The notes under the pieces: model-generated
Told to the model about the DNA's origin: nothing
The model's database searches: none
What the model saw: the letters and a program-made list of their open reading frames with translations, nothing else
NCBI GenBank assembly: GCA_001915065.1
Contig: MNDT01000006.1
Location: forward strand, 35,330 to 99,329
From: an archaeon 13_2_20CM_2_53_6
Lineage (GTDB): Archaea; Thermoproteota; Bathyarchaeia; 40CM-2-53-6
Length of the DNA: 64,000 nucleotides
Direction: 5' to 3'
Made by a program: the position numbers and the translations under genes
Shown here: piece after piece, positions 9,733 to 19,957 of the stretch
Numbering within the stretch: the first letter of the stretch is position 1
Layout of the letters: every line of letters begins with the position of its first letter

Positions 9733-10173
9733 TTAGTTTGATGGATGGATGCCTAGGCTAGATATTTTCCTTTGGTGTTGAACGGCGACGAATCCGAATA
9801 TGCCTCCTGCTATGAGTAGTACTGGCGCAGGAGTCAGTGTGACTATCACATCGGCGGGGACAGTCTGACTTCCGAGAAATCCAAAATAGACCGGGGTGAT
9901 CCACTGGATGATCATATTTCCCAGGTTTGCAACTCCCATCGCCATTATTATCGCCGGCCAGGCGGCGCGTTGGGGGTCACGGCTATCCATGAGATGGCTG
10001 ATCGCCCAGAACACGACCACGGTCGCTATTATGATCCAGACACCACTGATGCCAAAATAGTAGTTGTAATTGTACCGGTTGTCGACCAAGTAGGCGAGTC
10101 CGTACGCTACCATCTGGTAGGCTGCGCCCAGCAATGACATTGTGAACGCGGCAATTGCGGCCCTGTCCGCCAT
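9733..10173 (-). CDS. Integral membrane protein (about 4 TM)
   Basis: Strongly hydrophobic throughout. No family recognised. Confidence 0.5.
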   Translation of the reverse strand: MADRAAIAAFTMSLLGAAYQMVAYGLAYLVDNRYNYNYYFGISGVWIIIATVVVFWAISHLMDSRDPQRAAWPAIIMAMGVANLGNMIIQWITPVYFGFLGSQTVPADVIVTLTPAPVLLIAGGIFGFVAVQHQRKISSLGIHPSN

Positions 10174-10225
10174 ACTCAGACTGGTCTGGTTGCCGTGCGA
10201 TTAAAGTTATGGGAGGAATTGTCGC

Positions 10226-11149
10226 TTAAACTCCCGGCTCATCCTCCGCGCGAGGATAACGGAGCGCTCTCAGAGAGACATAGACTCCAATTACAGAGAA
10301 GGGCAATCCGGCAACAAGAAGAATCGAGGTTCTTAGCGTTGGAGGAGAGGGAGGCAAGAGGCCCAATAGGTCGGGCACGTTCATTCCGATCGGAACGACG
10401 CTTAGGATCAGACTGAGAACATAGCCTCCCGGCCTTCTCTTGTAGATTAGTAAGAACGCCGTTACACCTACTCCGAAGGTGTAGAAGTACCAGACGGTTC
10501 CCCAGAGATCGAAGAATTGGTTCAAGGAAAACTCTCGTTCCTCACCGATTCCCGGAATAAGTAGGACAGCCAAGAGTAAGCTAACAAAGAGAGTCCAGAG
10601 TAGAATCGAGCGAAACTCATTGGGAATGTTCGGCTCTGCAAGTTTGTCTCGCCATTTTGGCTTCCATGGTCCCAGCCAGCGCAACCATCTTTCAGCCTGA
10701 GCATTCTTGTTTGAAGCCAACAGACCCAGACTGGAGACGAAGAGCAACATTCCCGTGAGAAAGAAGAATGTTCCAGTTGCAGCAAGGGCGATAGCAGTCG
10801 CTGAAGCAGTTATGCTAGCACCGATCTGGAGGAAACAAGAGAGACAGGCGTTTCCAGTAACACTTAGAGCCGGATAAACTACCCATAATCCGAAACTCCA
10901 CGATAAGGGTGCTAAAAGCTGAAGAAGAATGGCAGTCTCGTATCTGCCAGGCAAACTAGTAATGGACTCGGTAGGTGCCAAGCAATTCTCCAAGAGAGTT
11001 CCTAACCCCGCACTAATATCGATAGCTCGTTCGACAACAGAAATTGTCACCATCTTCCCGTTACTTCGGTTGAACTCGACTATTATCCAGTATCGAAACA
11101 GCCCGATCCACAGATGAAAGCCAACGCGTCCGACAGATGCAGGTGCCAT
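10226..11149 (-). CDS. Integral membrane protein (multi-TM)
   Basis: Multiple hydrophobic helices, for example LLWTLFVSLLLAVLLIPGIG and VLSLILSVVPIGM. Antisense ORFs rejected. Confidence 0.5.
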   Translation of the reverse strand: MAPASVGRVGFHLWIGLFRYWIIVEFNRSNGKMVTISVVERAIDISAGLGTLLENCLAPTESITSLPGRYETAILLQLLAPLSWSFGLWVVYPALSVTGNACLSCFLQIGASITASATAIALAATGTFFFLTGMLLFVSSLGLLASNKNAQAERWLRWLGPWKPKWRDKLAEPNIPNEFRSILLWTLFVSLLLAVLLIPGIGEEREFSLNQFFDLWGTVWYFYTFGVGVTAFLLIYKRRPGGYVLSLILSVVPIGMNVPDLLGLLPPSPPTLRTSILLVAGLPFSVIGVYVSLRALRYPRAEDEPGV

Positions 11150-11315
11150 TGCGGATGCAAGAGAAAGGGAGCAGAGGTCAAAGGAATCAACGGCACAACA
11201 TTTCGACTGGCATTGTGCAAAGATTGCTCAGAAAAGCATGAAACACGAAGGCTGAGATGAGCTTCGAACAACCTGGCTGTCAGGTTATTATTCGACCTAG
11301 TGGTATTCTAGACGT

Positions 11316-11516
11316 ATGTCTCTGCCCAAGCCGGGGGATACTGTCAAGGTTACCCTATTGAACCGGGAGACGATTGAGGGTGTCGTCGAATGGGTTGATG
11401 GCAACGGTCTCTGGATCAAGGGGGCTCAGAGGTCGAGATGGGTCCCGCTTGAGGCTCTCTCCATGCCACACGACTCGCACGAAGTTGAAGGCGTCCAAGA
11501 ACAAGCGGCAGAATAG
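11316..11516 (+). CDS. Small hypothetical protein (beta-rich, acidic tail)
   Basis: ORF with ATG. A TA-rich box (GTTATTATT) lies about 30 nt upstream. Sequence GDTVKVTLLNRETIEGVVEWVDGNGLWIKG looks like a small beta-barrel. Confidence 0.35.
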   Translation: MSLPKPGDTVKVTLLNRETIEGVVEWVDGNGLWIKGAQRSRWVPLEALSMPHDSHEVEGVQEQAAE

Positions 11517-11743
11517 ACCCGCCGGATGACAAGCGATGAGAACTCGGTTGGACTCATGAGTTTTACATTTAGCTTCGCCTGGGCATTATTCCTAGTCTTC
11601 GAGAAGACTACTCCACGACTACCCTGGCCGCTGAGAGAATTTCTTCTGAGACAGTTCCCCGACGAGATTGCAGCCCAAAGAGTGGTGGTTCGGTTGCAAG
11701 AACAAAAGTTCTCCTAGCCATCGACGCGTATGGCTAGCTCCTT

Positions 11744-12520
11744 TCATTTCACGGCTGTTATGAGTACTCTGTGCGTATTGGTCTTGATGCCTTTCGATGC
11801 TGTGAAGCGTTTCACAATTTCCTGGACATGTCGCGCGTCGAATTCCTTGTCGAAATTGGGTATTATCGGCGAGTTCTCTAGCCTCATCAGCACATCCTGA
11901 ATCGTTGCAAAGTATTCGATGGCTTCAAACTCGTCCACGCTGATATTCCTGAAACCTTCTCTGGCAAGCTTTTCTTTGAGTTCTGTTGAAACCTTGTTCG
12001 TCCTTGAGTACATCTGGCCTCGACCGAAGACCTGAGCCCAGTTCTGTTTGTCTCTCTCGCCAATCTCCTCTAACATGAGTTGCCCATTCTTCTTCAGCAC
12101 TCTGCAAGCCTCTCTAATCGAGTCGGCTGTGTCCGCTGCTGGTCCTCTCCGGCTTATAGCTAGGTCGAATCTCTCTTCCGGATACGCAAGCTTGTCTGCA
12201 CGGGAGAGCCTGAATTCCAGATTGGAGATATTTGTTGAGCGCAAGTTTTCGAGAGCCTTTTTCACTGCTCTCTGCGAGAAGTCGATACCTGCAACTGTTC
12301 TTGCTGCGGCAGCGATCTCGAGAGTGAACTCACCTGTTCCACAGCCGATGTCGATAACGTCACGGCCCTTCACGCTGGCGAGGACTCTTCGCTCGAATTC
12401 TCGCTCTCCATCCTCTCCCTCTGTCGAGGAACGCTCTATTCTTCCCGTAGCCAACTGATTCTCGTCTGCAGCGTAGAGCTTCTCCCAGACCTCTTCATCG
12501 TCGAATTCCCTCCTTGGCAA
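11744..12520 (-). CDS. Class I SAM-dependent methyltransferase
   Basis: SAM-binding motif I VIDIGCGTGEFTLEIA and the post-I acidic residue (GIDFS). Confidence 0.8.
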   Translation of the reverse strand: MPRREFDDEEVWEKLYAADENQLATGRIERSSTEGEDGEREFERRVLASVKGRDVIDIGCGTGEFTLEIAAAARTVAGIDFSQRAVKKALENLRSTNISNLEFRLSRADKLAYPEERFDLAISRRGPAADTADSIREACRVLKKNGQLMLEEIGERDKQNWAQVFGRGQMYSRTNKVSTELKEKLAREGFRNISVDEFEAIEYFATIQDVLMRLENSPIIPNFDKEFDARHVQEIVKRFTASKGIKTNTHRVLITAVK

Positions 12521-12636
12521 GATGTCACTTTTCCGAACATATGGAGGAAAGATCTTCCAAATCTAACCAGACTTGATGGGTTCGCATACTGTCGACGACA
12601 CTGCATGATGAGCTAATAGAACACGTTCGTTTGCAG

Positions 12637-13236
12637 CTAGGATTTTCCGGTATCGTCGGACGTTGATAATGCCGGGCCAAGTGGGTCCTCCCTGAGGTCA
12701 AGGATGTTCTTCAGTTCCTTTTTCATCAGCGCTGGGTCGTGGTTGAGGTTGAAGTAGTCAGCGAACGTTGTGGTCGTCCGTAGAGTCTTTGATCGTCCCA
12801 GCTTTTCGTAGCTGATCAGGTCCATCTCTTTCAGCTGCTTGACGTGCTGGTAGGCAAGTTTCCCCCGGACCGCTATGACTCGTGACTGAGCGATCGGCTG
12901 TCTGAGAGCGATGAACGACAGGGTCCGGAGTGGACCCGGGGTCAGCAGTGGCCTGTTCGAGAGCTTCCGGACGTGCTTTGCAAACTCTGGTTTCAGTTGC
13001 ATTACAAATCTTCCATCAGGCAGTTCCAAGACCTGGATCGGGCTGTCTGACTTGGCGTATCTCTCTGCTATGGTATGGACTATCGACTTGATCTTCTCCT
13101 CTGACCTTGCGCCGATGATGGATCCTATCGTCTTGATGTCCAGAGGTCTGCCTGAGACGTATAGCGCTGCCTCGCAGAGCTGTTGCTGCGCGCCAGGCGT
13201 TTTGGGGGCTGGTTCAGTCTGAGACTGCGCTTCCAT
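12637..13236 (-). CDS. scpB: Segregation and condensation protein B
   Basis: EAALYVSGRPLDIKTIGSIIG and tandem winged-helix layout. It overlaps the scpA 3' end and lies downstream of smc. Confidence 0.85.
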   Translation of the reverse strand: MEAQSQTEPAPKTPGAQQQLCEAALYVSGRPLDIKTIGSIIGARSEEKIKSIVHTIAERYAKSDSPIQVLELPDGRFVMQLKPEFAKHVRKLSNRPLLTPGPLRTLSFIALRQPIAQSRVIAVRGKLAYQHVKQLKEMDLISYEKLGRSKTLRTTTTFADYFNLNHDPALMKKELKNILDLREDPLGPALSTSDDTGKS

Positions 13237-13846
13237 CCTTCCTCATCTCTATCTCGATGTCTCCAAACTCATCCAGCTGATTCAGACCAACCTTTCCTTC
13301 GAACGCGAGGAAGAGCAGCATGATGAACATTCTTACAGCCTGAACCGCGTCCCCATCTCCTAAAAGCTTGAGAAAGGACAGTGATCTATCTCGAACGGTC
13401 TCTTTCATGAGTCTGTTGTAGAAGGCCTTCATCTCTTCCTCTATCTTCACGAGCCAATCGTCACCCTGCTCAAACACAGCCGGGGTCCTGCTAACCAGCT
13501 GCGACGTCCCCACCGGCAAGAGCCTCTCAGCCTTCAAGACCTCCAAGATCCCCTTCAGAACCTCTTCTAGCGATGTAGTCGTCGACTGGTACCTGATCGG
13601 AAACGCGAGCGGGGGAGGAACATAATCGGTCGGCCTCTCTGGGGGAGGCTTAGGCGGCTCTTCCATCTTCAGAACCAGTTCTGATTTCATTCGCAGTAGG
13701 ACGGCTGAGGTGAGGAGTGCTGTTCCGGAGACTGAGAAGTCGATGTAGCCCCGGCCTCTCATCTCGCCCATCAATCCAGTCAAGAGTTCGGCGAGATGCA
13801 CATCCCATGGCTTCACGCGGTGGAGGTGGAGCAGATCAAACAGCAC
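13214..13846 (-). CDS. scpA: Segregation and condensation protein A (kleisin)
   Basis: LFDLLHLHRVKPWDVHLAELL resembles the ScpA N-terminal helix. The frame stays open upstream to the smc stop (ACG at 13885-13883), so the start is uncertain. Confidence 0.8.
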   Translation of the reverse strand: MLFDLLHLHRVKPWDVHLAELLTGLMGEMRGRGYIDFSVSGTALLTSAVLLRMKSELVLKMEEPPKPPPERPTDYVPPPLAFPIRYQSTTTSLEEVLKGILEVLKAERLLPVGTSQLVSRTPAVFEQGDDWLVKIEEEMKAFYNRLMKETVRDRSLSFLKLLGDGDAVQAVRMFIMLLFLAFEGKVGLNQLDEFGDIEIEMRKDGSAVSD

Positions 13847-13887
13847 CGAGTAGGGCTGCTTTAGCCAGTACGAGTCTTGGGGCGTTG

Positions 13888-16800
13888 TCAGTCCCTGACC
13901 ACTCCCTTGTTCGGCAGCGAGATCATCTTGCTCTGCCCGTTGTCGATGAAGACCCCGAAGACCCTGTCAGCCCGCGAGATGGTCGTGTCTTTGAGCGAGA
14001 TTACTATGAACTGGGACTCGCCGCTCTTCGACGCCACCAGGGTCGCCAACCGTCTCGTATTCAATACATCAAGGTGAGCATCAATCTCATCCATGATATA
14101 GAACGGCATGGGATGGATCTGTTGCAAAGCGAGTAGGTAGCAGACTGTCGAAACTGACTTCTCTCCACCGCTGGCCGCCGCCATCGTAAGCTCAGTCTTC
14201 CCGGGGAACTGGAGAAACACGTCCAGCCCACCCTCGAACGGATTGTCTGGATTGTCGAGGGCCATTCTTCCGTTGCCACCCTCTGTTATGTCGTGGAAGA
14301 TCTGCTGGAAGGTCTCGTTGACCTTCGTGAACGCGCTCATGAACGTGTCCAGTTTCTTCTTCTCCAGCTCGCCCATGAAGTTGAGAATTCCTAGTTTGTC
14401 TCTCTCAAGCTCGCCAATCCGCTCCGACAGGTGCTTGTAGCCGTCCTTCAAACCCTCATACTGCTCAACGGCCAATTGGTTTACGGCGCCAATCTCTTCC
14501 AGCTCCTTCCCAAGACCAAGCTTGAGCTTTGTAGCATCCTCAATCCCCTCAGGAGTTGTCTCCAGCGTGGTTCCAAAACCGAGACTGTGCAGTTGTGAAT
14601 TCAGCATGACTACCTGCGTGTCCAGCTCTCGAAGCGTCGCCTTCAATTCTGATACGTTCGCGTTGAGCGGGTCCATCCTCTCGATAAGCTGGGTCAGCGA
14701 CTTTTCGATCTCAGAGAACCGTTCCTCGTACTTTCTCCGTTCCTCGCCCACCGATTTGAGGCTCTCGACCAGACGAGCCTTCTCCTCGTTGAGCTTCTTC
14801 ATCTCCTGCTGGAGTTCTTCTGATCTCTTGCCGGCCTCTTCGCCTCTCACTTCTTCACGTCGGATCTCGGATTCTAGCGCACGGGACTGTATACGTAACT
14901 GGTCGTATCCAGGTCTTAGAGTGTCCAGTGTCGCCTGGCTCGACGCTAGTTTGTTCTCAAGCTCTAGTTTCTCCCGCAGCAGTGCCTCAGCCTGAGCCAC
15001 CGCCCCGTCTCTCTCGCGTTCCGCCTGAAGGATCGCCGTTCTTCGCTGCTCGACCTTCAGCTTCGCAAGGTCTTCCTCTTGAACTTTGAGTCGCCGTTTC
15101 ATTTCTCCCTGCTTAGACGCCATCTCCTGCAGCAGCTCTCTTTCTCGCTGCATCGAATTCTCCAAGCTGTCAATCCGCCGTTTCGTCTGCTGAAGCGATA
15201 ATCGGGTGCGCTCCAGGCTCCTCTGAGCCAGCTCAACATCACGGGTCAGCGCCTCGCGCGTCTTGCTGGTGGAGACCCGGTCCTCCTTCAGCTTCACAAT
15301 CTCAGATTCCAGTCGATCAAGCTCTGACCGGGACCTCTGAACAATCGACTCTAGCGACTTGACTGTCCGTTCGAGACCTTCCAGAACATTAGACCTAGGA
15401 ATCAGGGTAGACGCGTCAAACGGCGCGCGATAATACCCGCTCTCTAGCCCACCGCCGGGCTCATATAGGTCTCCGCTCGTGACGACACATCTCTGTCCCT
15501 TCGCGGCGGTGAGAAAGGCCGCTCGCTGGTTCGTGGCAAGCATCGTATCACCGAACACAAACTCGACAGCAGGCGCTATCCGCTTCTCTACCTTGATGAC
15601 CCGTGAGACCGGACCAACGATCCCGGGAGCCTCGTCAAACCCCTCATTCTCGGGCTGAAGCTCCAGATCTTCGAGCGGGATAATCTTTGCACGGCCCAGC
15701 TTTGTGCGTTTCAGACTCTCGACGCACTTGATGGCCACTTCAAGGTCTCTCACTACTAAGGCTCTCATCCAGCCTGCGCTGGCAGCCTCTATCGCCTTGC
15801 TGTGCTCGTCGCTGAACTTGACAAGGTCTTGCAGTCGTCCGAGAACTCCGCTGATCGCGCCCTCATCCGCCATCTCTTCGATCTTCCGGAGCGCTCTTTC
15901 CTCTGCCTGGAGAGTATCCGCTAGAATCTTCTGAGTGTTAAACTCGGTAACTGTAACCCGTGCTCTTTTGGCAACGTCTAGGGCTTCTTCGATCTCCTTG
16001 TGGCGTTGGTTCTTGAGCGCCGTGTACTCCTTCGCCTTCTCCTCGATATCCTCGAGCCTCTTCTCCTCCTCTTTGCCGAGCTTCTCCATCTCACGGATTC
16101 TCTTCTTCAGCTCCTCGGCGAGATTCGTGTACTCCTTGTGACGAGCCTCTAGGGACTGGAGATGACTTGCGGTCAGATCTAGTTTGGTAGAGCTGCCCTT
16201 GCTCGACGCGATTAGCCCGGATAGTTCGCTCTCTATTGCGCGGATCTCTGCGTCGAGGGCTTCCTGAATCTCTGCGTCCTTCGACAACGAGTCCCTCGTG
16301 TTTACGAGCGTAGTGTTGAGCTTCTCGGCCCGCGCATTCGCCTCCTCGAAACGATTCTCTAGATCCGCCTTTCCGCCGGTGAGGGTGCGGATTGTCGCCA
16401 TGAGTTCTTTCGTGCTGTTCTGAATGTTCTCTCCTTGTTTCTGGAGAGACTCTAGTTGTTTGATCCGTGTGTTGAGAATGTTGCGGGCGGCCTCCGCTTC
16501 CGCCTTGGCTCTAACTACCCCATTGCTGGCTTCAGCTATCTTTCTCTCAACATCAAACAGGACCTGGTTTCCCTGTGTGACCGTGTTCTCCTCGTACTGG
16601 CGTCTCTCAGCGGCGACCTTGGCTCTCTGTCCGGTCAGCTCGTCCCGTTGTTGACGGAGGGCTTCGAGATTCTTCTGCTCATTCTCCAACTCTTGGAGGG
16701 CGCCGACTCTCTTTGCTTGGAGGGAGAGTATCTGAGAGGATAGTATCAGTGCCTGCTGGTTTGAGATCTCCTTCTGGATTAGCCTTGAGCGTAGTAAGTC

Positions 16801-17427
16801 GTTCCTCTCACGTTCCAGCCTTTCGATATTCGTCCTAACATCGTCGACCTTGGCGGTAGCCACCTTTAGGTTCACATCCGCCTCCTGAAGCTGGACCTTT
16901 GCCTCAGCCTTCTTCGTCTCGAAGACGCCCAGCCCGATAAGGTCCTCAAGAATCCGCCTCCTCTCCTCAGTACTGATCTCAGCCAGACGAGTGATCGAGT
17001 GCTGGGCGATCAGGTTGAACCCGGTCACCTGGATGTCGGCGGAGCTGAGAATATCCTGCGCCTGCTTCCTCGAGAGGCGTCGGCCGTTCATCCTGTAGAT
17101 TCCCTCGCCTCCCGTCGAGAATTCTCTCGATACGGTTACGAGGTCGGAGTCTACGGGAATCTTGCGGTCGGTGTTGTCGAACTGGACCGCTACATGGGCC
17201 GATCTCGCCGTCTCTGCTCCCGACTTGTGGATTAGGGCAGAGAGGCTCCCGCCCCTGAGCTCTCTAGCGCTCAGTTCCCCGAGCGAGAATTTCAGCGCGT
17301 CGAGAATGTTAGACTTTCCCGCGCCGTTCGGTCCAGTTATTACAGTGAACCCTGGGTCTAGAGGGATAGAGACCTTCTTGTTGAAGGTCTTGAAGCCTCG
17401 GATGTCGATTCTCTTGATATAGACCAA
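13888..17427 (-). CDS. smc: Chromosome segregation protein SMC
   Basis: Walker A GPNGAGKSN, long coiled coils, a hinge, signature motif SGGEKS, and Walker B FYIMDEIDAHLD. Confidence 0.95.
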   Translation of the reverse strand: MVYIKRIDIRGFKTFNKKVSIPLDPGFTVITGPNGAGKSNILDALKFSLGELSARELRGGSLSALIHKSGAETARSAHVAVQFDNTDRKIPVDSDLVTVSREFSTGGEGIYRMNGRRLSRKQAQDILSSADIQVTGFNLIAQHSITRLAEISTEERRRILEDLIGLGVFETKKAEAKVQLQEADVNLKVATAKVDDVRTNIERLERERNDLLRSRLIQKEISNQQALILSSQILSLQAKRVGALQELENEQKNLEALRQQRDELTGQRAKVAAERRQYEENTVTQGNQVLFDVERKIAEASNGVVRAKAEAEAARNILNTRIKQLESLQKQGENIQNSTKELMATIRTLTGGKADLENRFEEANARAEKLNTTLVNTRDSLSKDAEIQEALDAEIRAIESELSGLIASSKGSSTKLDLTASHLQSLEARHKEYTNLAEELKKRIREMEKLGKEEEKRLEDIEEKAKEYTALKNQRHKEIEEALDVAKRARVTVTEFNTQKILADTLQAEERALRKIEEMADEGAISGVLGRLQDLVKFSDEHSKAIEAASAGWMRALVVRDLEVAIKCVESLKRTKLGRAKIIPLEDLELQPENEGFDEAPGIVGPVSRVIKVEKRIAPAVEFVFGDTMLATNQRAAFLTAAKGQRCVVTSGDLYEPGGGLESGYYRAPFDASTLIPRSNVLEGLERTVKSLESIVQRSRSELDRLESEIVKLKEDRVSTSKTREALTRDVELAQRSLERTRLSLQQTKRRIDSLENSMQRERELLQEMASKQGEMKRRLKVQEEDLAKLKVEQRRTAILQAERERDGAVAQAEALLREKLELENKLASSQATLDTLRPGYDQLRIQSRALESEIRREEVRGEEAGKRSEELQQEMKKLNEEKARLVESLKSVGEERRKYEERFSEIEKSLTQLIERMDPLNANVSELKATLRELDTQVVMLNSQLHSLGFGTTLETTPEGIEDATKLKLGLGKELEEIGAVNQLAVEQYEGLKDGYKHLSERIGELERDKLGILNFMGELEKKKLDTFMSAFTKVNETFQQIFHDITEGGNGRMALDNPDNPFEGGLDVFLQFPGKTELTMAAASGGEKSVSTVCYLLALQQIHPMPFYIMDEIDAHLDVLNTRRLATLVASKSGESQFIVISLKDTTISRADRVFGVFIDNGQSKMISLPNKGVVRD

Positions 17428-17505
17428 GGCCCGGGCCCTGGAATCGTTCCCTGTCTAGTTAGATAAGTCCGTCCGTCATCATCGAAGCCTCAGAACATAT
17501 CCGAC

Positions 17506-18288
17506 TCAGCGGCCGAATCTTCGATGGCGCATCTGATAGAGGCGTATGGCTCGGAGAAAATCTATCCTCCGGAACTCTGGCCAGTAGACATCGACGAATA
17601 CTAGCTCGCTGTAGGCTGACTGCCACAACAGGAAACCGCTCAAACGTTCCTCGCCCGAGGTTCGTATAACAAGATCAGGGTTAGGATTAGGAAGGTGGGC
17701 CGTGTAGAGATACTTGTCAAAAGTATCCTCGTCGATCTGCTGAGGAGAAAGATTACCCTGGTGAACGTCTTCCACGATCTTCTTTGTCGCATCAACAATC
17801 TCCGCCCTCCCCGTGTAGGCTATTGCCAGGTTCAGAAAGTGGCCGTCGTACTTGCCCGTCTCATCCTCCAGTCTCTTGAAGACGCCTTGGAGGCTCTCCG
17901 GGAGCAGATCGGTCCGACCTATTGCCTTGACTCGTACCTTCTGGGAGTGTAGTCTACTGTCCTTCCCCAGCTTCTTGGTCTCTTCCTCGACGATCTTGAG
18001 GATCGCGCTAACCTCTGCACTGGGTCTCGAAAAATTCTCGGTCGAAAACGTATAGAGGGTGAGGGTCTTTATTCCGTATTCGAGGCACCAGTCGAGCACC
18101 TGTTCTCCAACCTTCGCGCCGGCCCAGTGTCCGTCGGTCGCGTTGAGGGATTTCTCCGTGGCCCAGCGCCTGTTGCCGTCGAGGATTATTCCGATATGTT
18201 CCGGCATCTGGCCCCATTTGACCTGTTGATTCAGATACTTCTCGTAGGCCTTGTAGACCCCGGCGACTCGGAGTAGACTGTCTATCAT
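17506..18288 (-). CDS. uppS: Cis-prenyltransferase (undecaprenyl diphosphate synthase family, archaeal GGPP-type)
   Basis: HIGIILDGNRRWA, TLYTFSTENFSRP and RTSGEERLSGFLLWQSAYSELVF. The probable start ATG 18288 overlaps the MTAP stop (ATGA). The ORF track extends to 18345. Confidence 0.9.
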   Translation of the reverse strand: MIDSLLRVAGVYKAYEKYLNQQVKWGQMPEHIGIILDGNRRWATEKSLNATDGHWAGAKVGEQVLDWCLEYGIKTLTLYTFSTENFSRPSAEVSAILKIVEEETKKLGKDSRLHSQKVRVKAIGRTDLLPESLQGVFKRLEDETGKYDGHFLNLAIAYTGRAEIVDATKKIVEDVHQGNLSPQQIDEDTFDKYLYTAHLPNPNPDLVIRTSGEERLSGFLLWQSAYSELVFVDVYWPEFRRIDFLRAIRLYQMRHRRFGR

Positions 18289-19088
18289 TGCGCGACCTCT
18301 ACGACTTCCTTCTTCAGCTGAGCCTGGGCCAGCGCGGTTCCGCATGGACAGTCTTTTCTAGATTCTGGCATTCTTCCAATGGCGCCGGCGAGTATCTTGT
18401 TGAGCACCTGGCTGGTCTCTCGTCCCTTGTCTTCTACTTCTCTCGCTGATAATGTTCTCTGCAGTCCCGCGGCCATGTTGGACACGAAGCTTATCGAGGC
18501 ATAACAGATCTCCAGCTCTCGGGCGAGGAACGCCTCTGGGGCTCCGGTCATCCCGACTACCTGGCAGCCTAGGGTCCGGAGCATCTTGATCTCAGCAGGC
18601 GTCTCATAACGCGGACCCTCCGTGCAGGCCATCACTACCTCTTTCGGCGGTCCTCTGCCAGCCGAGGAAGTTGAACTCGTGAGAACTTCTCGTTCTCTGG
18701 GGCAGTATGGCTGGGAGACGTCCACATGAGTCACCGGGGACCAGTCGTAGAAAGTGCCGGGTCTAGACTTTGTCATGTCGACGAGGTCGGATGGGATCAC
18801 TATTTCCCCGGGGGTTAGTTTTTGGTCTATCGCGCCGACCGCGTTTGTTGCAATGATCCGTTCGACTCCGAGAGTCTTGAGTCCCCATATGTTTGCTCGA
18901 TAGTTTACCCGGTGGGGAGGGCTTGAGTGCGCTTCGCCGTGTCGTGGCAAGAAGACCGCGGGTCTGCCATCAATCTCACCGATTGTAAGACTGGGCGTTG
19001 GACCATAGGGTGTTCCGAGAATCTTCTGTTCGCCTTTGAGGATCGATTTGACTCCGGACCCGCCGATGATCGCGATGGGACGCTTCAC
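18285..19088 (-). CDS. mtnP: S-methyl-5'-thioadenosine phosphorylase
   Basis: IAIIGGSG, FLPRHGEAHSSPPHRVNYRANIWGLKTLG and GMTGAPEAFLARE. Confidence 0.85.
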   Translation of the reverse strand: MKRPIAIIGGSGVKSILKGEQKILGTPYGPTPSLTIGEIDGRPAVFLPRHGEAHSSPPHRVNYRANIWGLKTLGVERIIATNAVGAIDQKLTPGEIVIPSDLVDMTKSRPGTFYDWSPVTHVDVSQPYCPREREVLTSSTSSAGRGPPKEVVMACTEGPRYETPAEIKMLRTLGCQVVGMTGAPEAFLARELEICYASISFVSNMAAGLQRTLSAREVEDKGRETSQVLNKILAGAIGRMPESRKDCPCGTALAQAQLKKEVVEVAQ

Positions 19089-19957
19089 TCCTCTTCCCCC
19101 TCGTAGAGTGCTCCGAGTTCGTACAGCGTCAGCTTCTCGCCCTTGCTCAGCTTCCTCTGCGCCTCCCCCTTCAAAGCCTCCTTTAGAGCTTCCTCCTTCT
19201 CCCGCCGTATCCTCTTCTCATTATCAGTCAGCTCATTCCTCAACTCAACAAAATTCTGATTGATCTCACCCACTTTCGCGCGCAGATCATCGAGGCTCTT
19301 CTGTTGCTCATCCCGTTTCGCCCGCAAAGTCTGGAAGGCCCCGGACAACTGCACAACATCCTCGTGGTGTTTCTGACTCTCAGCAGCCAGCTCCTGAATC
19401 CTGGCATGGACCTGGTCAGCCTCCTCGCGCTGTTTCGTGATCTCTTCTCTCAGCTTGAGGACATTGTGGTAGCCTGAGACTCGAATCTCCAAACCCCGGA
19501 TCTTCGTCATCAACCGCTTCTCCTCGTCCTTTCCGAGGGGCGAGGTCTGGACGTGCCACTCCAGTGATGCTAGTTCTTTCTCCGCAATTGAGGCGTGTGG
19601 TCGATCGCTCATCTTTTTGAGAAGTTCTCGAAGGGCTACCAGTTTTTCCTTTGACGAGTCTCGCAGACGGTCTCGCGTCTGCTTGAGCGCTCGAACGGTA
19701 TCATTCAATCCGTCGCGGGTCTTGCGTAGCTGTTGTAGCTCTTCGCGGACTTTTGAGAGTTTGGCCCTGGTCTCATTGAGCTTATCTAGACTCTTCCGCA
19801 GATCCATTCGAAGCTTCTGGCGTTGATCGTCGAGCTCGTCGATCTTGCTCACAGACTGGACCCCGTTACAACCAAGTGACTTGGAACGAGAAGAAAGGTA
19901 GATTGACCGCCATATAGGCATTGAAAGAGAAAACGAAGGTTCCAGTTTCGTCAGCAA
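19085..19957 (-). CDS. Archaeal coiled-coil protein (COG1340-like)
   Basis: Nearly entirely heptad-like charged coiled coil. First gene of the coiled-coil / mtnP / uppS string. The true start is probably downstream of 19957. Confidence 0.55.
   Translation of the reverse strand: MLTKLEPSFSLSMPIWRSIYLSSRSKSLGCNGVQSVSKIDELDDQRQKLRMDLRKSLDKLNETRAKLSKVREELQQLRKTRDGLNDTVRALKQTRDRLRDSSKEKLVALRELLKKMSDRPHASIAEKELASLEWHVQTSPLGKDEEKRLMTKIRGLEIRVSGYHNVLKLREEITKQREEADQVHARIQELAAESQKHHEDVVQLSGAFQTLRAKRDEQQKSLDDLRAKVGEINQNFVELRNELTDNEKRIRREKEEALKEALKGEAQRKLSKGEKLTLYELGALYEGEEE

Noticed and set aside
13888-17427. Many plus-strand ORFs inside smc (for example 14243..14440, 14522..14995, 15704..15934, 15935..16141, 16424..16743, 16999..17422)
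   Set aside because: They are antisense to a gene with unambiguous SMC motifs. Their Ser/Leu/Arg-rich, low-complexity translations are the expected mirror of coiled-coil codons.
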